From assembly GCA_947494335.1 (NCBI GenBank), contig CANLUT010000001.1:537649-601648 (forward strand): a DNA stretch of 64,000 bases, given 5' to 3'. The first letter of the stretch is position 1. Each line of letters starts with the position of its first letter. The stretch comes from Oligoflexales bacterium. GTDB taxonomy: Bacteria > Bdellovibrionota_B > Oligoflexia > Oligoflexales > RGVZ01. Below are positions 7,197 to 17,496 of the stretch, piece after piece. The translations under genes and the position numbers were made by a program. The notes under the pieces are model-generated. The model saw only the letters and a program-made list of their open reading frames with translations. It was not told the origin of the DNA and ran no database searches.

Positions 7197-9950
7197 TTAG
7201 CTTCCTCGGCGCTTAAATGTCGGTGACTTCGCGGTGTCACACCCTGGAAAGCGCATTTCTGGGGTTTTGCCGTATACACTATCGTTCATGATGTTCGGAT
7301 CACAGGTGAATAACAGCTGATTATCATCACTCACTTTGAAGCGAAGATACTCTGTTCGTTTGTCATTTCCACAACTGCTTTCAGTGAGGTTCTGCTTCGC
7401 GCCAAGAACCCAGTTTTTTAATCCGCAACCAAATTGATCGGGATCTTTATTTGCTGCAGTCACGCCTGAGTCCGTGAATATCAATCCCTCTTTGCGATTA
7501 AAGGAGACGTCAATCGGGAATGTGCCTGCATCGCTTGTAAAGGTTGCGGAACCGTCTTCTATGATTTGTGAGAGCTTGGTGCCCAAAGCACAGTTTTCCG
7601 AGGCAAATAACTCTTCTGAAAATGTGACTTTGCCCCCGCTGATAATGCCTAATCGCATCTGCTTCGATTTAACCGTATTTGGAGGTGCGCCAAAACTGTC
7701 TCCTCCACCGCCGCCGCCATCGGGCATGGATCCATCGCAAATCACTTCGTTCGCCGATGCGATAGAATAAGTTGAAATGGATTGAGCGCGGTCCCTTTTG
7801 CCAGGGGACGACGAGAAATAACAGCCATCGGGCGCAATGGCGGTGATGATATTGTTTTCGGCCTCACTCTTGGGAATGGTGGCTAGTGTGGCCTCTGAAA
7901 CTGTACCGACAGGAATGTTGGAGGAGTATCTTTCTACTGGTGCCATGCCGTTGATGCTTATTTTTAATTTATAGTCTGTTTTTCCATTTGTGACGGTTGT
8001 CTTGGCGATTACTTTCAAACCATCATCAGGTAGGTTCCTGACGGAAAAGCTGTTCCCGTGAGACCAGTCTGGCATGTCAGCGTCGGTAGTGCTAACGTTT
8101 TGGCAGTAAGATATTGACGGAGTACTTTCTAATTCGAGTTTGAAGCTGTAGTCCTTTTGCCGCTCTAAATTATTAATACTTTTTGAACCGTTAAATTCAC
8201 CCCACCATACCTCTGATGACATGTCGAGGGCTTTGGGGTTTGATGAACAATCGAGACCGTCGTACTGAGTGATCATTAAATCATTCTTCATGACGCCGAC
8301 GTGATCCCACCTTAACTGAGCCCAAGTTGAACGGGCCTCATAGCCCGTAGGGATAAATTTGGGCATGTTCTGATACGGTAGGATTGTGTGACATTCTGAA
8401 GATGTTGTGGGAATGCTTGTAGGCGGTGTTCCCTCAATTTTGAATGAACGAAGGTTGCTCTCATCATCTCCATCTCCAAAATATATGAATGTGTCTGTCC
8501 CAGCGTCTTTGGACTTGCTCACGATTCCGCTGCAGTCTTGCGTGTTGTAGCCGTGTAACCTGTAAGAATAAATGCCGGATATGGCGCCCCAAAAAATCCC
8601 GTTATAGCCAGAACTGCTGTGAATAAATTTATTTAAGGAAATGCCGGTAGTTGATGATTTTATGGCTGGAACGGGAACGCAAGCCGATTTTAGGTCGCTC
8701 GCATTATCTTTCACTTGGACCCACATTGAAGTTTCGTCGCTGTCGGGACCGGTAAGACTTAAAGTTAGTGTCGCTTCTGTTGAAGTAATCGCTTTTATAA
8801 AATTAGAGTTACAATCCGCAGAGCCATAAGCACTCAAAGTTATCTGCGTCTCGTTGTATTGACGGCTCACAGTTGTATTGATCTCAGTTCCATCACTCGT
8901 TCTGCTTCGATCAACCTGATTTATGTCAATGTATGGAGGTGGGGGCGGACGCAGGTGGACTGGTAGGCAACTTGAAAATGACGTTGGATTGTCGACATTA
9001 AAAATCCTAAACGATGATGTTGCAATCAAGCTGTTATCTACGCCAACGAAACCATAGGAGTCAACGTTTTGGGGTTGGCCATTGCAAGAAGTTCCTGGAT
9101 ATTTTTTAATTTCCAATTTGCTGGTTTCTCCGCGGAAAGACAAATGGACGGGATTTATCACTTTTTGGTTTCCAGTTTGGACGAATCCCCACGTCGGTTT
9201 GAGAAAGCTTGGTTCGGTGTAGGCTTGTTGCGCAACACACATGCCCCAGTCTCCTAGCAGGGGAAATTTTGCATTTGCAACCGTGCCTGTTCCTTCACTC
9301 GTAGGAGCGCTGACTCGGGAGCTGATCGGCTTTTCAGCGCGTGCTAGTTGAAACGTGCCAAATTTAGTTGTTTGGAACGTAACCTTGTTATTCGATATAA
9401 CCACTTCTTCGCCAGGGATCACGCCTTTAACAAAGGTTACTTCGCCATTCACGACCTGGCTCCAGTGATACATCACGACTAAATTATCGTTGTTGCCAAC
9501 TAGTGCTAAGGCGGTGATTGATAGTGGCAAGGAGAGGGTGAACGGATTTGACGCTTCAACGTTGGAGCTTGGAATAAAGCTTACACTCGGACCTGCCGCT
9601 GTGACGGTGTTGTTAGTTAGACCAATCTCTGCGAGGAAATCGGCAGAGCTCAATGTTGGCCCTTGACCGACGGTGATTTCAACGGGGATTGACAGAGCTC
9701 CCGGAGGAATGGCGATAGCAGACCCTGCCAACGCTCCCGAATCAAATCTCATAATTTGAGTTGTTGTAGCATTTGGATCAATGGTCGCTGTGATGTTACC
9801 AGCTTCGTCAATGGTGGTGGACAACGCAGCAAGGCCGGAGGTTTTATTGCGGATGGAAGATTTCATAAACGAGTCACTGCAGGCCGTCGTGATGACTCCA
9901 GACAATGAAATAATTGCCATAAGATTTAGGTAGTTTGCTGTCCTGTCCAT
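7197..9950 (-). CDS. large (917 aa) Cys-rich lipoprotein, unknown family
   Basis: Lipobox-like LSGVITTAC near the N-terminus. Many Cys, a PPPPP run and a GGGGGG run. No recognisable catalytic motif. Confidence 0.7.
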   Translation of the reverse strand: MDRTANYLNLMAIISLSGVITTACSDSFMKSSIRNKTSGLAALSTTIDEAGNITATIDPNATTTQIMRFDSGALAGSAIAIPPGALSIPVEITVGQGPTLSSADFLAEIGLTNNTVTAAGPSVSFIPSSNVEASNPFTLSLPLSITALALVGNNDNLVVMYHWSQVVNGEVTFVKGVIPGEEVVISNNKVTFQTTKFGTFQLARAEKPISSRVSAPTSEGTGTVANAKFPLLGDWGMCVAQQAYTEPSFLKPTWGFVQTGNQKVINPVHLSFRGETSKLEIKKYPGTSCNGQPQNVDSYGFVGVDNSLIATSSFRIFNVDNPTSFSSCLPVHLRPPPPPYIDINQVDRSRTSDGTEINTTVSRQYNETQITLSAYGSADCNSNFIKAITSTEATLTLSLTGPDSDETSMWVQVKDNASDLKSACVPVPAIKSSTTGISLNKFIHSSSGYNGIFWGAISGIYSYRLHGYNTQDCSGIVSKSKDAGTDTFIYFGDGDDESNLRSFKIEGTPPTSIPTTSSECHTILPYQNMPKFIPTGYEARSTWAQLRWDHVGVMKNDLMITQYDGLDCSSNPKALDMSSEVWWGEFNGSKSINNLERQKDYSFKLELESTPSISYCQNVSTTDADMPDWSHGNSFSVRNLPDDGLKVIAKTTVTNGKTDYKLKISINGMAPVERYSSNIPVGTVSEATLATIPKSEAENNIITAIAPDGCYFSSSPGKRDRAQSISTYSIASANEVICDGSMPDGGGGGGDSFGAPPNTVKSKQMRLGIISGGKVTFSEELFASENCALGTKLSQIIEDGSATFTSDAGTFPIDVSFNRKEGLIFTDSGVTAANKDPDQFGCGLKNWVLGAKQNLTESSCGNDKRTEYLRFKVSDDNQLLFTCDPNIMNDSVYGKTPEMRFPGCDTAKSPTFKRRGS

Positions 9951-10090
9951 AGATCAGACGCCTCCATTTTCTCTGAGTCGGTGTTCGACAGATGGGGGGC
10001 ATATCTTTAGAAGTTGTTGGCAGTTATCCTTTATTAAGACGGCTATTTCTGGCATATCATGGGGTTATCTGACATTAGCCTGAGGCCTTC

Positions 10091-11491
10091 ATGACCCAAA
10101 AACATACCCCCGAAAAATACCCATTTGACCTCCCAGCAGTGATCTCATCCCAAGTGGCGTCAGGTGTAAAAACACCACCTGAAAATGATGTCGCGTGGCA
10201 GGTTTTGCATCGTGCGCACGCGCAGCGCCTGCAATCTGCATGGGGTGGTGTGCTATCGCGACTTGGGGTTGATGGTCTCGTAATTCATTCGGGTCAGTCT
10301 GTGCTTAAATATAGTCGTGATGATCAGTATTGGCCTACGGCAATGACGCCCAATTTTGCTCATTGGTGTCCATACGCCGAGACGCCAGCGTTTTTAGTGA
10401 TTCGTCCGGGAGAAAAGCCAAAGCTGATCACCGAACGCCATCAATCATTCTGGGAAGGGCCTGCTCCACGAAATCTCCGCTGGGATCAGACGAGTTTTGA
10501 TGTGGAGACTGTTGACGATCTTGGTGCGTTGAAGTGGCCTGTGAGCTACGCCTTTATCGGTGATGATCTAAAACTCGCGCTAAAAACAGGGCTTGTGATT
10601 GAGCAGTGTAACCGCGCAGATCTCTTGGCTGCAGCCGATGGTTTCAGAACACTGAAGTCAGACTATGAAATTGCCTCGATGCGTGTTGCTGCCGAGGTTG
10701 CTGCTCGTGGTCATAATCATCTGCGTAAGCTCTTTGATCAAGGCCCAGTCAGCGAATTTGCGTTGCACTTAGAGTACCTGCGACTGACGGAACAATCTGA
10801 TTTTGATTTGCCCTATGGCAACATTGTAGCTTTGGGGGCCAATTGCGGGATTCTCCATCACGTGCACTACGACCGTAGCGTCGTTGATGGGGCGACTTCG
10901 CTCCTTGTAGACGCGGGAGCTACGTGTAATGGATTTGCATCAGATATCACTCGCACCTGGGTGCGCGGCAGTACTGAGATGGCGGCATTTTTTGGTGCGC
11001 TGATTAAAGCAGTCGACAAGGCGCAACGTGAATTGGTCAAGGGCGTGACCGTTGGTCGACGCTATGAGGACCTCCACAATCACGCTCACGCACTCCTGGC
11101 TTCGGTACTTAAAGACAGCGGTCTTGTGACGTGCAGTGTCGATGAGATGGTTGCAGCAGGACTAACGCGGTTGTTTTTCCCCCACGGACTTGGTCACTCA
11201 CTTGGGATTCAGGTGCATGATGTGGGTATGAAACTCGCCAAGCCGTCCGCGGAAAATCCCTACTTGAGAAATACCAGTATGATCACGGCGGGGCAGGTGG
11301 TCACGATTGAGCCGGGGATTTATTTTATCCCTAAATTGATGCAAGAGGTCCTCTCAGGGCCCAAGAAAGCAATTGTAAACGAGGCTCTCGTGAAGGGGCT
11401 CATGCCGTTTGGCGGCATTCGTATTGAAGATGATATTTTAGTCACCACTCAAGGTCCGATAAACCTGACAAGAGACCTTGTTTTTGAATAA
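10091..11491 (+). CDS. pepQ: Xaa-Pro dipeptidase (M24B prolidase)
   Basis: Co-linear with E. coli PepQ as I recall it: NIVALGANCGILHHVHYD, LLVDAGATCNGFASDITRTW, PHGLGHSLGIQVHDVG, TIEPGIYFI, FGGIRIEDD. Confidence 0.9.
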   Translation: MTQKHTPEKYPFDLPAVISSQVASGVKTPPENDVAWQVLHRAHAQRLQSAWGGVLSRLGVDGLVIHSGQSVLKYSRDDQYWPTAMTPNFAHWCPYAETPAFLVIRPGEKPKLITERHQSFWEGPAPRNLRWDQTSFDVETVDDLGALKWPVSYAFIGDDLKLALKTGLVIEQCNRADLLAAADGFRTLKSDYEIASMRVAAEVAARGHNHLRKLFDQGPVSEFALHLEYLRLTEQSDFDLPYGNIVALGANCGILHHVHYDRSVVDGATSLLVDAGATCNGFASDITRTWVRGSTEMAAFFGALIKAVDKAQRELVKGVTVGRRYEDLHNHAHALLASVLKDSGLVTCSVDEMVAAGLTRLFFPHGLGHSLGIQVHDVGMKLAKPSAENPYLRNTSMITAGQVVTIEPGIYFIPKLMQEVLSGPKKAIVNEALVKGLMPFGGIRIEDDILVTTQGPINLTRDLVFE

Positions 11492-11558
11492 ATAATGATG
11501 TGGTACCATTGTGTTACCAAGTTGATGGTGGCTTAAAGCTGAAAACGGAGTTTGCGAC

Positions 11559-11945
11559 GTGCCTGCACCTGAATTTAAATTTATCGCTATCAAGTTCGAT
11601 AAGATGGCTGATCAGGACGAAACAGTTCTTCAGGGATACATCCAGCGAGAGTTGACCAAACGAAATGCTGCGGTTGACGAAGCCAACACTCCCGTCAAGC
11701 AACAGCGCGAAGCATTTCGCGTTAAGTTTAACAATATGAAAGTCAAAGCGATCGCGGAAGCGACGCAAAAGCTTCCGCAGCAAGAGTTTGAGGTCAATCT
11801 GGAAGACATATCGGTTGGTGGTTGCTGCATCGGGCTAAATAAAGAGATTGGCGTTGCCAAAAATGGCACCATCTATTTGACATTGCATTTCACGCAACCG
11901 AATCTTTCTGTTCGCGGCACAATCTTAGGGCTTCGCAAGTCCTAA
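11559..11945 (+). CDS. single-domain PilZ protein
   Basis: RxxxR (REAFR) followed about 30 aa later by DxSxxG (DISVGG). Start uncertain (GTG 11559 or ATG 11604). Confidence 0.6.
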   Translation: MPAPEFKFIAIKFDKMADQDETVLQGYIQRELTKRNAAVDEANTPVKQQREAFRVKFNNMKVKAIAEATQKLPQQEFEVNLEDISVGGCCIGLNKEIGVAKNGTIYLTLHFTQPNLSVRGTILGLRKS

Positions 11946-12500
11946 TTCTTCTCGCAGTGCATCAAGTCCAGACTTTTTGATCGTCGAAATAGCGTGGGTG
12001 CTCACGAGGCGTACGCCCTTACTTTTCAGAGCATTTTCTAAAAACCGCATGCGCTGCATCAGTTCGCTCCGAGAAACTTTGTCGCACTTAGTTAAGACTA
12101 GTACCAGCGGGGCGCGCTGACTTAAGGCTAGAGCTAGCTGAAAGTCCGTGTCATCCATATCTCTGCGTGGATCCCACAGGAACAAAAACTTTGTGATCAC
12201 GGGTCTCGCTAGGTATCCGTCCATGAGCTCTTGCCAGTCCGCGTGCTCGCGGTTACCTGTGGCTGCAAAGCCGTAACCAGGAAGGTCGACAAAATAAAGG
12301 CTATCGTTCACCGAAAAGAAGTTAGCCATCTGCGTGCGTCCAGGTGTGCGACTGGTTCGTGCTAGGCCCGTGTAATTCAGCAGGGCGTTGAGAAGGCTTG
12401 ATTTGCCAACGTTTGAACGGCCTATGAACGCCAACTCAGGTAGGCTCATGGGTGGTAATTGGTGGGCCTTAGCCGCACTTGTTTCGTACTTGGCTTTCAT
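11925..12500 (-). CDS. engB: ribosome-biogenesis GTPase EngB/YsxC/YihA
   Basis: G1 GRSNVGKSS, G3 DLPGYG, G4 TKCDK. Start 12500 gives an N-terminal length like B. subtilis YsxC. ATG 12530 and TTG 12539 are alternatives. Confidence 0.85.
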   Translation of the reverse strand: MKAKYETSAAKAHQLPPMSLPELAFIGRSNVGKSSLLNALLNYTGLARTSRTPGRTQMANFFSVNDSLYFVDLPGYGFAATGNREHADWQELMDGYLARPVITKFLFLWDPRRDMDDTDFQLALALSQRAPLVLVLTKCDKVSRSELMQRMRFLENALKSKGVRLVSTHAISTIKKSGLDALREELGLAKP

Positions 12501-12694
12501 GGTGAGGCAGCTTCTACAGGCGTTCACCATGAGCGTCAAGGCTGAATAGCCGCTCTAAGGTGCTGAAATTTAAAGATGTCTTTGCCGGACTGATAAGGCC
12601 TTGGATCGCCCAAAAAAGTGCGGTAATGTCTGGAATTCCTAAGTGAATGCAACAATTTAGACAGCTTTTGCGGTGAGCCTATGGGAGGGCTTTC

Positions 12695-14596
12695 ATGAGT
12701 CGCATCCATCTTCTTGATGACACCTTAATTAACAAAATCGCAGCCGGCGAAGTGGTCGAGCGGCCGGCGAGTGTGGTCAAAGAGCTGATCGAAAACAGTC
12801 TGGATGCCGGAGCCACTAAAATCTCTGTGGAACTTCAAGAGGGCGGTCGCAAACGGATCCTTATTTCTGACAACGGGTCTGGAATGTCGAGGGACGATGC
12901 GGCAAAAGCGTTGCTTCGTCACGCGACGTCCAAGATCAAAAACGCTGAAGATCTGTTTAATCTTCATACGATGGGCTTTCGCGGTGAAGCACTAGCGTCT
13001 ATCTCATCCGTCTGCCGGTTTACGCTGATGACGTGTGAGCAAGGCTCGACTGCTGGCGTACGTTTGCAGTCAGATGGTGGTGCCAGTGTTGAAGAGGCTC
13101 CTTGGCAAAGTTCCGGCGGGACCACGATCATCTGTGACGATCTTTTCTACAATGTTCCCGTTCGACAAAAATTTTTGAAAGCTGCGGCTGTCGAATACGG
13201 TGCTGTGCATGAGCTTATGCAAGCGCTCGCACTGGCTCATCCGGTCGTGGACTTCACGTTAGTTCACAACAGCAAAGAGGTTTTACGCGCGCCCGCGATC
13301 ACTCCCGATGAAAAGAACGAAATAACCTTGAGAAAAAGATTTTCTCAAGTGATGCGTGGTGACGCAGGGCTCGGAATGGTTTACGTGCAAACTGAAGGCC
13401 CCTACGGTTCAATGACCGGTATGATTTCAGCACCCGGTGTTGAACGCGGATCAGCCAAAGATATGTTTCTCTTTATCAACGGTCGCTGGATAAAGGACAA
13501 ATCCCTGCGCTTTGCAGTCCTCCGTGGTTATCACAGTCATTTGCTGCGCGGCAAATATCCGGTGGTTGCCGTGTTTCTCAAGGTTGATCCAGGACTGGTG
13601 GATGCGAATGTACATCCAGCTAAAACTGAGGTTCGATTGCAGTACGCTCAGGAACTTCATGCGATGGTCGCAATTGCAGTTCGCGAGGGACTAAGGCGTG
13701 CAGACTGGGCGGCTCAAGCTTCTGTTGAGATTGGTGTTGGTCCCTCGGCAAACAAAACATCAGACGATAGCAGTGACGCGTCATCCTGGATGGCACCTTC
13801 CTCGCGTTCGCAGTCTTGGACCAGTGGCGCCGGAGCGAGTACGTCAGCGCGATCATCTTTCACCGCAAGTGATACGCTGTCCTCATCATCACGCCCTGCC
13901 CAGTGGCGGGATGTCACGCCTAAACATCGCTCGTTATTTGATGACTTAAGTACAAATAATTCGCCGTCTCATTCTGTGAATGTTAGTGCTGTGACGCAAT
14001 CCATTCCCTGGTCCGACTTGCAATATCTCGGCAGCATCGCCGATTGTTATCTGCTATTCAGTCACGGTGACCGTCAAAGCGGCGCAAGACTTCTCGGTAT
14101 AGATCAGCACGCGTTCCACGAGCGTGTGTTGTACGAACGCTTGGCCCGTAATACGGAGTTACTGCGAGCAAGCCAGGCATTATTGGTACCTGAGGGGCTG
14201 ACCCTTTCGGTTAAAGAAGTTCAAGTTCTTGAAGAGCTAAAATCGATGCTAGAAGAGCATGGTTTCAAGTTCGACATCCTGGGTGATAACACGATTGATG
14301 TCCGAGCTGTGCCAGCATTACTTTCCAAGTGTGACCTGCAAACACTTATGGAAAGCTTGGCGAGCCATAAGGATTCGCAAATGCCAATTGAAGGCAATAT
14401 AGGCTTGACTCATGACATGCTTTCCACCATGGCCTGTCACGCTGCTGTCAGAGCGGGGGAAAAGCTCGGTGAGAACGAACTTAAAATTTTATTGAATGAA
14501 GCTCGTGATGTTGACTTCTTTCATAATTGCCCTCACGGACGCCGTGTGTTCCGATGGTGGGACGAGGCCCAGATTGCCCGTTGGTTTGACAGGTAG
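12695..14596 (+). CDS. mutL: DNA mismatch repair protein MutL
   Basis: IAAGEVVERPASVVKELIENSLDAGA GHKL ATPase N-terminus, Ser-rich linker, C-terminal dimerisation/endonuclease-type domain (CPHGRR). Confidence 0.95.
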   Translation: MSRIHLLDDTLINKIAAGEVVERPASVVKELIENSLDAGATKISVELQEGGRKRILISDNGSGMSRDDAAKALLRHATSKIKNAEDLFNLHTMGFRGEALASISSVCRFTLMTCEQGSTAGVRLQSDGGASVEEAPWQSSGGTTIICDDLFYNVPVRQKFLKAAAVEYGAVHELMQALALAHPVVDFTLVHNSKEVLRAPAITPDEKNEITLRKRFSQVMRGDAGLGMVYVQTEGPYGSMTGMISAPGVERGSAKDMFLFINGRWIKDKSLRFAVLRGYHSHLLRGKYPVVAVFLKVDPGLVDANVHPAKTEVRLQYAQELHAMVAIAVREGLRRADWAAQASVEIGVGPSANKTSDDSSDASSWMAPSSRSQSWTSGAGASTSARSSFTASDTLSSSSRPAQWRDVTPKHRSLFDDLSTNNSPSHSVNVSAVTQSIPWSDLQYLGSIADCYLLFSHGDRQSGARLLGIDQHAFHERVLYERLARNTELLRASQALLVPEGLTLSVKEVQVLEELKSMLEEHGFKFDILGDNTIDVRAVPALLSKCDLQTLMESLASHKDSQMPIEGNIGLTHDMLSTMACHAAVRAGEKLGENELKILLNEARDVDFFHNCPHGRRVFRWWDEAQIARWFDR

Positions 14597-14618
14597 GAAG
14601 GGTAGGTAGACCAATTCC

Positions 14619-15554
14619 ATGAAGTGGCATTGTCATATGCCTGCCGGTGAGCGTCCTGAGTTTCTTGTGGTCGGTGGACCGACAGCGAGCGGCAAGTCTG
14701 CTGTTGGTCTTGAACTAGCTAGAGTCTTTTCTGGAAGCATCATTTGCTGCGATAGTGTTCAGCTCTACAAAGGTTTTGATATTGGTTCGGCTAAACCATC
14801 ACTTGAAGAGCGTGAGGTTGTTCCCCATCTTTTATTCGATGAGTTTGATTGGAGTGAGCCATGTGATGCGGCTATTTACGCTGCAAAAGCGCGGTTGGCC
14901 ATTCAAAAGGTTCGTTCTGAGGGGCGTATACCTATTGTCGTCGGTGGTACTGGTCTTTATTTGCGTGCGCTTCTTGGTGATGCCTGGGATGACGATATCC
15001 CAAGTGATCCAGAACTTCGCGCATCACTCGCGGAGCGCTCTAGCGATGACCTCTACGCGGATCTCAAAGCTCGAGATCCTCGCCGCGCAGCACAGCTACA
15101 TATCAATGATCGTTTCCGTGTGATAAGAGCGCTTGAAATCAATATATTGACTGGTTCTCCCGTAAAAGACCTTTCTCAACCATCAGCTCAGCGGCCGAGA
15201 AAGCATTTGATGATTTTTATGAATCCTCCGCGAGATGAGCTTTACGCCCGGATCAATTTCCGGACGACACAGATGCTAAGTGATGGTTTGATCGACGAGG
15301 TGCGAGAGTTAATCCACTCTGGTGTGGATGCCGGGTGTAAGCCCTTGGGAAGTATTGGCTATAAAGAGGTAGTCGAAATGCTTCAAAATAAATTGGCGCC
15401 AGAGGATCTTGAAACGGCGATCGCCACCGCTACACGGCAATATGCAAAACGGCAGGTGACTTGGTTTAAGAAGGTGCCCAGTGATGCAGAACTTGCGCGG
15501 TTGGATGATCTTCGCGACGTGATTGATGCCATCAAACATGCTGACTTTATTTAG
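14619..15554 (+). CDS. miaA: tRNA dimethylallyltransferase
   Basis: GPTASGKS P-loop, DSVQLYKGFDIGSAKP, GGTGLY. ATG 14637 is an alternative start. Confidence 0.9.
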   Translation: MKWHCHMPAGERPEFLVVGGPTASGKSAVGLELARVFSGSIICCDSVQLYKGFDIGSAKPSLEEREVVPHLLFDEFDWSEPCDAAIYAAKARLAIQKVRSEGRIPIVVGGTGLYLRALLGDAWDDDIPSDPELRASLAERSSDDLYADLKARDPRRAAQLHINDRFRVIRALEINILTGSPVKDLSQPSAQRPRKHLMIFMNPPRDELYARINFRTTQMLSDGLIDEVRELIHSGVDAGCKPLGSIGYKEVVEMLQNKLAPEDLETAIATATRQYAKRQVTWFKKVPSDAELARLDDLRDVIDAIKHADFI

Positions 15555-15652
15555 AGTTTCGACATCGTGCTTACCTAGTGCCCTGATTTAGCAGGCTTAT
15601 CCATCTAATCCTGCAACCCGCGATACTTTCCCGAGTTTTTGTGGTTTTTTGC

Positions 15653-15680
15653 TAAAGTTTAAAGCTTGATTTACCGAAGA
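15653..15680 (+). promoter_or_regulatory. sigma28 (FliA)-like promoter candidate
   Basis: Perfect -35 octamer TAAAGTTT (15653-15660), a 12-nt spacer, then ACCGAAGA, which matches 5/8 positions of GCCGATAA. It ends 33 nt before the ATG at 15713. Confidence 0.35.
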
Positions 15681-15712
15681 TACTCCTAGATTTGAAGGAA
15701 GGTCTTTGGCCT

Positions 15713-16636
15713 ATGAAAAAATCGATCAAACAAGATTGCGAGCAGCGGCATCCGACTCTGCTCCTCGGATGTGTATGGTTTTCGTTGCTCTCGTGTTCCC
15801 CGGTCAATACGACTGCAAGTGTAACTGGTTCAGATGATGCTGGTGCAAAGAAATTCATGCCTGGTACTCCAGCAGTTGAATCAACTCTGGCGCTTCCAGA
15901 GTGGTGTAACATGGATCGATCCAACGGAGAGGTTCGGTTTAAATGTTCGCGAGTCGATAGCGATGTGAATCTGGTCTACGAGGGTCGATTTACAGCGGCT
16001 AAGTCATTTAATCCGTCCAGTGATTGTTGGTTTGTCGATGAAGTGACAAAAAAAATAAACTGCCGAGGCACTCTGACTGGAGAGACATTTATAATGGATG
16101 TTTCAACAGCGAGGGAAAAAGTTACAGAATCCCTGCCTGCCGTACTGATCGCGATCAATTTTGCGGTGTCCAGTAAGTACGAGGCCAACAGTGACGCCGT
16201 AAGATTTACAAGTGACGTCACCTCGTTTTTTGGCAGTCGGATACAACAGATGATGCGTCGCGAAGGGCTACCGGGTATTGCGGGAGATCTTGCCATGCTG
16301 GTCAATAAGTACATTCCAAATGGTTTATCCGCAGATCAAACAGCCGCATTTAAGCTTGTTGCCTTTCAGGCATTCGACATCATGGTGACAGAATTATCAG
16401 GTAAGAAAGATTATGATTTAGCTCGGGTTGTCCTGAGAGGACTGGAGCTGCGCCGAGCCTTGCCAGCTGACGTTCTCGGTGAGCAGCGAAACAGTTTGAC
16501 AGGGACGCATGTGGCCGAACTTCTGTCGAGCAACGATGCGGTTGCTCTCGAGCGATTTTTTAAGATCATATCGCCCGGGGTTTCAGGGGTCAGCTCACAG
16601 GAACGCTTTCTGGCTGGATTGCGAGAGGTTCAATAA
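15713..16636 (+). CDS. lipoprotein, unknown function
   Basis: ATG 15713 after GAAGGAAGG. Lipobox LLSCS in MKKSIKQDCEQRHPTLLLGCVWFSLLSCSP. Confidence 0.65.
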   Translation: MKKSIKQDCEQRHPTLLLGCVWFSLLSCSPVNTTASVTGSDDAGAKKFMPGTPAVESTLALPEWCNMDRSNGEVRFKCSRVDSDVNLVYEGRFTAAKSFNPSSDCWFVDEVTKKINCRGTLTGETFIMDVSTAREKVTESLPAVLIAINFAVSSKYEANSDAVRFTSDVTSFFGSRIQQMMRREGLPGIAGDLAMLVNKYIPNGLSADQTAAFKLVAFQAFDIMVTELSGKKDYDLARVVLRGLELRRALPADVLGEQRNSLTGTHVAELLSSNDAVALERFFKIISPGVSGVSSQERFLAGLREVQ

Positions 16637-16741
16637 CTTACTGTAAATACGAATAAATTTTTCATAGCATTAAGGTGATGAACTTTATTGCATTACATCT
16701 TATACTGCCCGACCCTGATCTAGATTAACGGGAGTATAGTT

Positions 16742-17470
16742 GTGACCAAACCATCAGTACAAATGACAAGGCCCATTGAAGAGTCCATGGTCGCGGCGAT
16801 GTTCGACCGCATCTCTGGTCGTTATGACTTCCTGAATCGCTTGCTGAGTGCTCGTCAGGACGTACGCTGGAGAAACATTCTAATTTCCATGGTGCCGACC
16901 AAGAAAAACGGCCGCTTTCTCGATATGGCGACGGGTACTGGGGATGTTCTTTTAGCGGCTGCTAAAGCGCACCCAGAGTACGCTGAATTCATCGGCGGAG
17001 ACATCTCCAAAGGAATGTTGAGCTTTGCGGAGAGAAAATCAGGTGAGGCAGGCTTAACGAGCCGTATTCACTGGGCTGTTATGTCGGCTGAAACGATCCC
17101 AGAAAAAGCCGAATCAATCGACTGTGCATCTATCTCCTTTGGATTAAGAAATGTCGTCAATAAAGAAAAAGCTCTTAGTGAGTTTGCGAGGATTCTGAAG
17201 CCGAAGGGTGTATTCCTGATATTGGAATTTTTCACGCCGACATCGGGTCTGATGTCAAAGGTGTTTCAGTTTTACTTCCACAATATCTTGCCAAGAATTG
17301 GCAGTTTATTTAGCGAAAAAGAGGCCTATACCTATCTTCCTAAAAGCGTGGCGAGTTTCTACAGTCCAAGCGAATTGCGCGACAGCCTGCGCAGTAAAGG
17401 TTTTGTGGTGGAAAAGGAAATTAACTTCCTTTTCGGCGCGTGCCGCTTGGTGAAAAGTCGCAAAGCCTGA
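16742..17470 (+). CDS. ubiE: demethylmenaquinone/ubiquinone C-methyltransferase
   Basis: MFDRISGRYDFLNRLLS...RWR N-terminal signature and SAM motif LDMATGTGDV. Confidence 0.9.
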   Translation: MTKPSVQMTRPIEESMVAAMFDRISGRYDFLNRLLSARQDVRWRNILISMVPTKKNGRFLDMATGTGDVLLAAAKAHPEYAEFIGGDISKGMLSFAERKSGEAGLTSRIHWAVMSAETIPEKAESIDCASISFGLRNVVNKEKALSEFARILKPKGVFLILEFFTPTSGLMSKVFQFYFHNILPRIGSLFSEKEAYTYLPKSVASFYSPSELRDSLRSKGFVVEKEINFLFGACRLVKSRKA

Positions 17471-17496
17471 TTTGGAAATTAACAGTCAGAAGTTAG

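Noticed and set aside
7690-8950. Gly6 and Pro5 codon runs in the 917-aa gene, and A8 tracts at about 16056 and about 56716, as possible slipped-strand phase-variation sites.
   Set aside because: The Gly and Pro runs use mixed codons and are not homopolymeric. A8 tracts are short, and the reading frames are intact.
13451-13949. Cluster of 60-83 aa ORFs in several frames on both strands, inside mutL.
   Set aside because: They overlap the Ser-rich, low-complexity linker of a well-supported MutL ORF. They have no RBS or motif and are typical frame noise.
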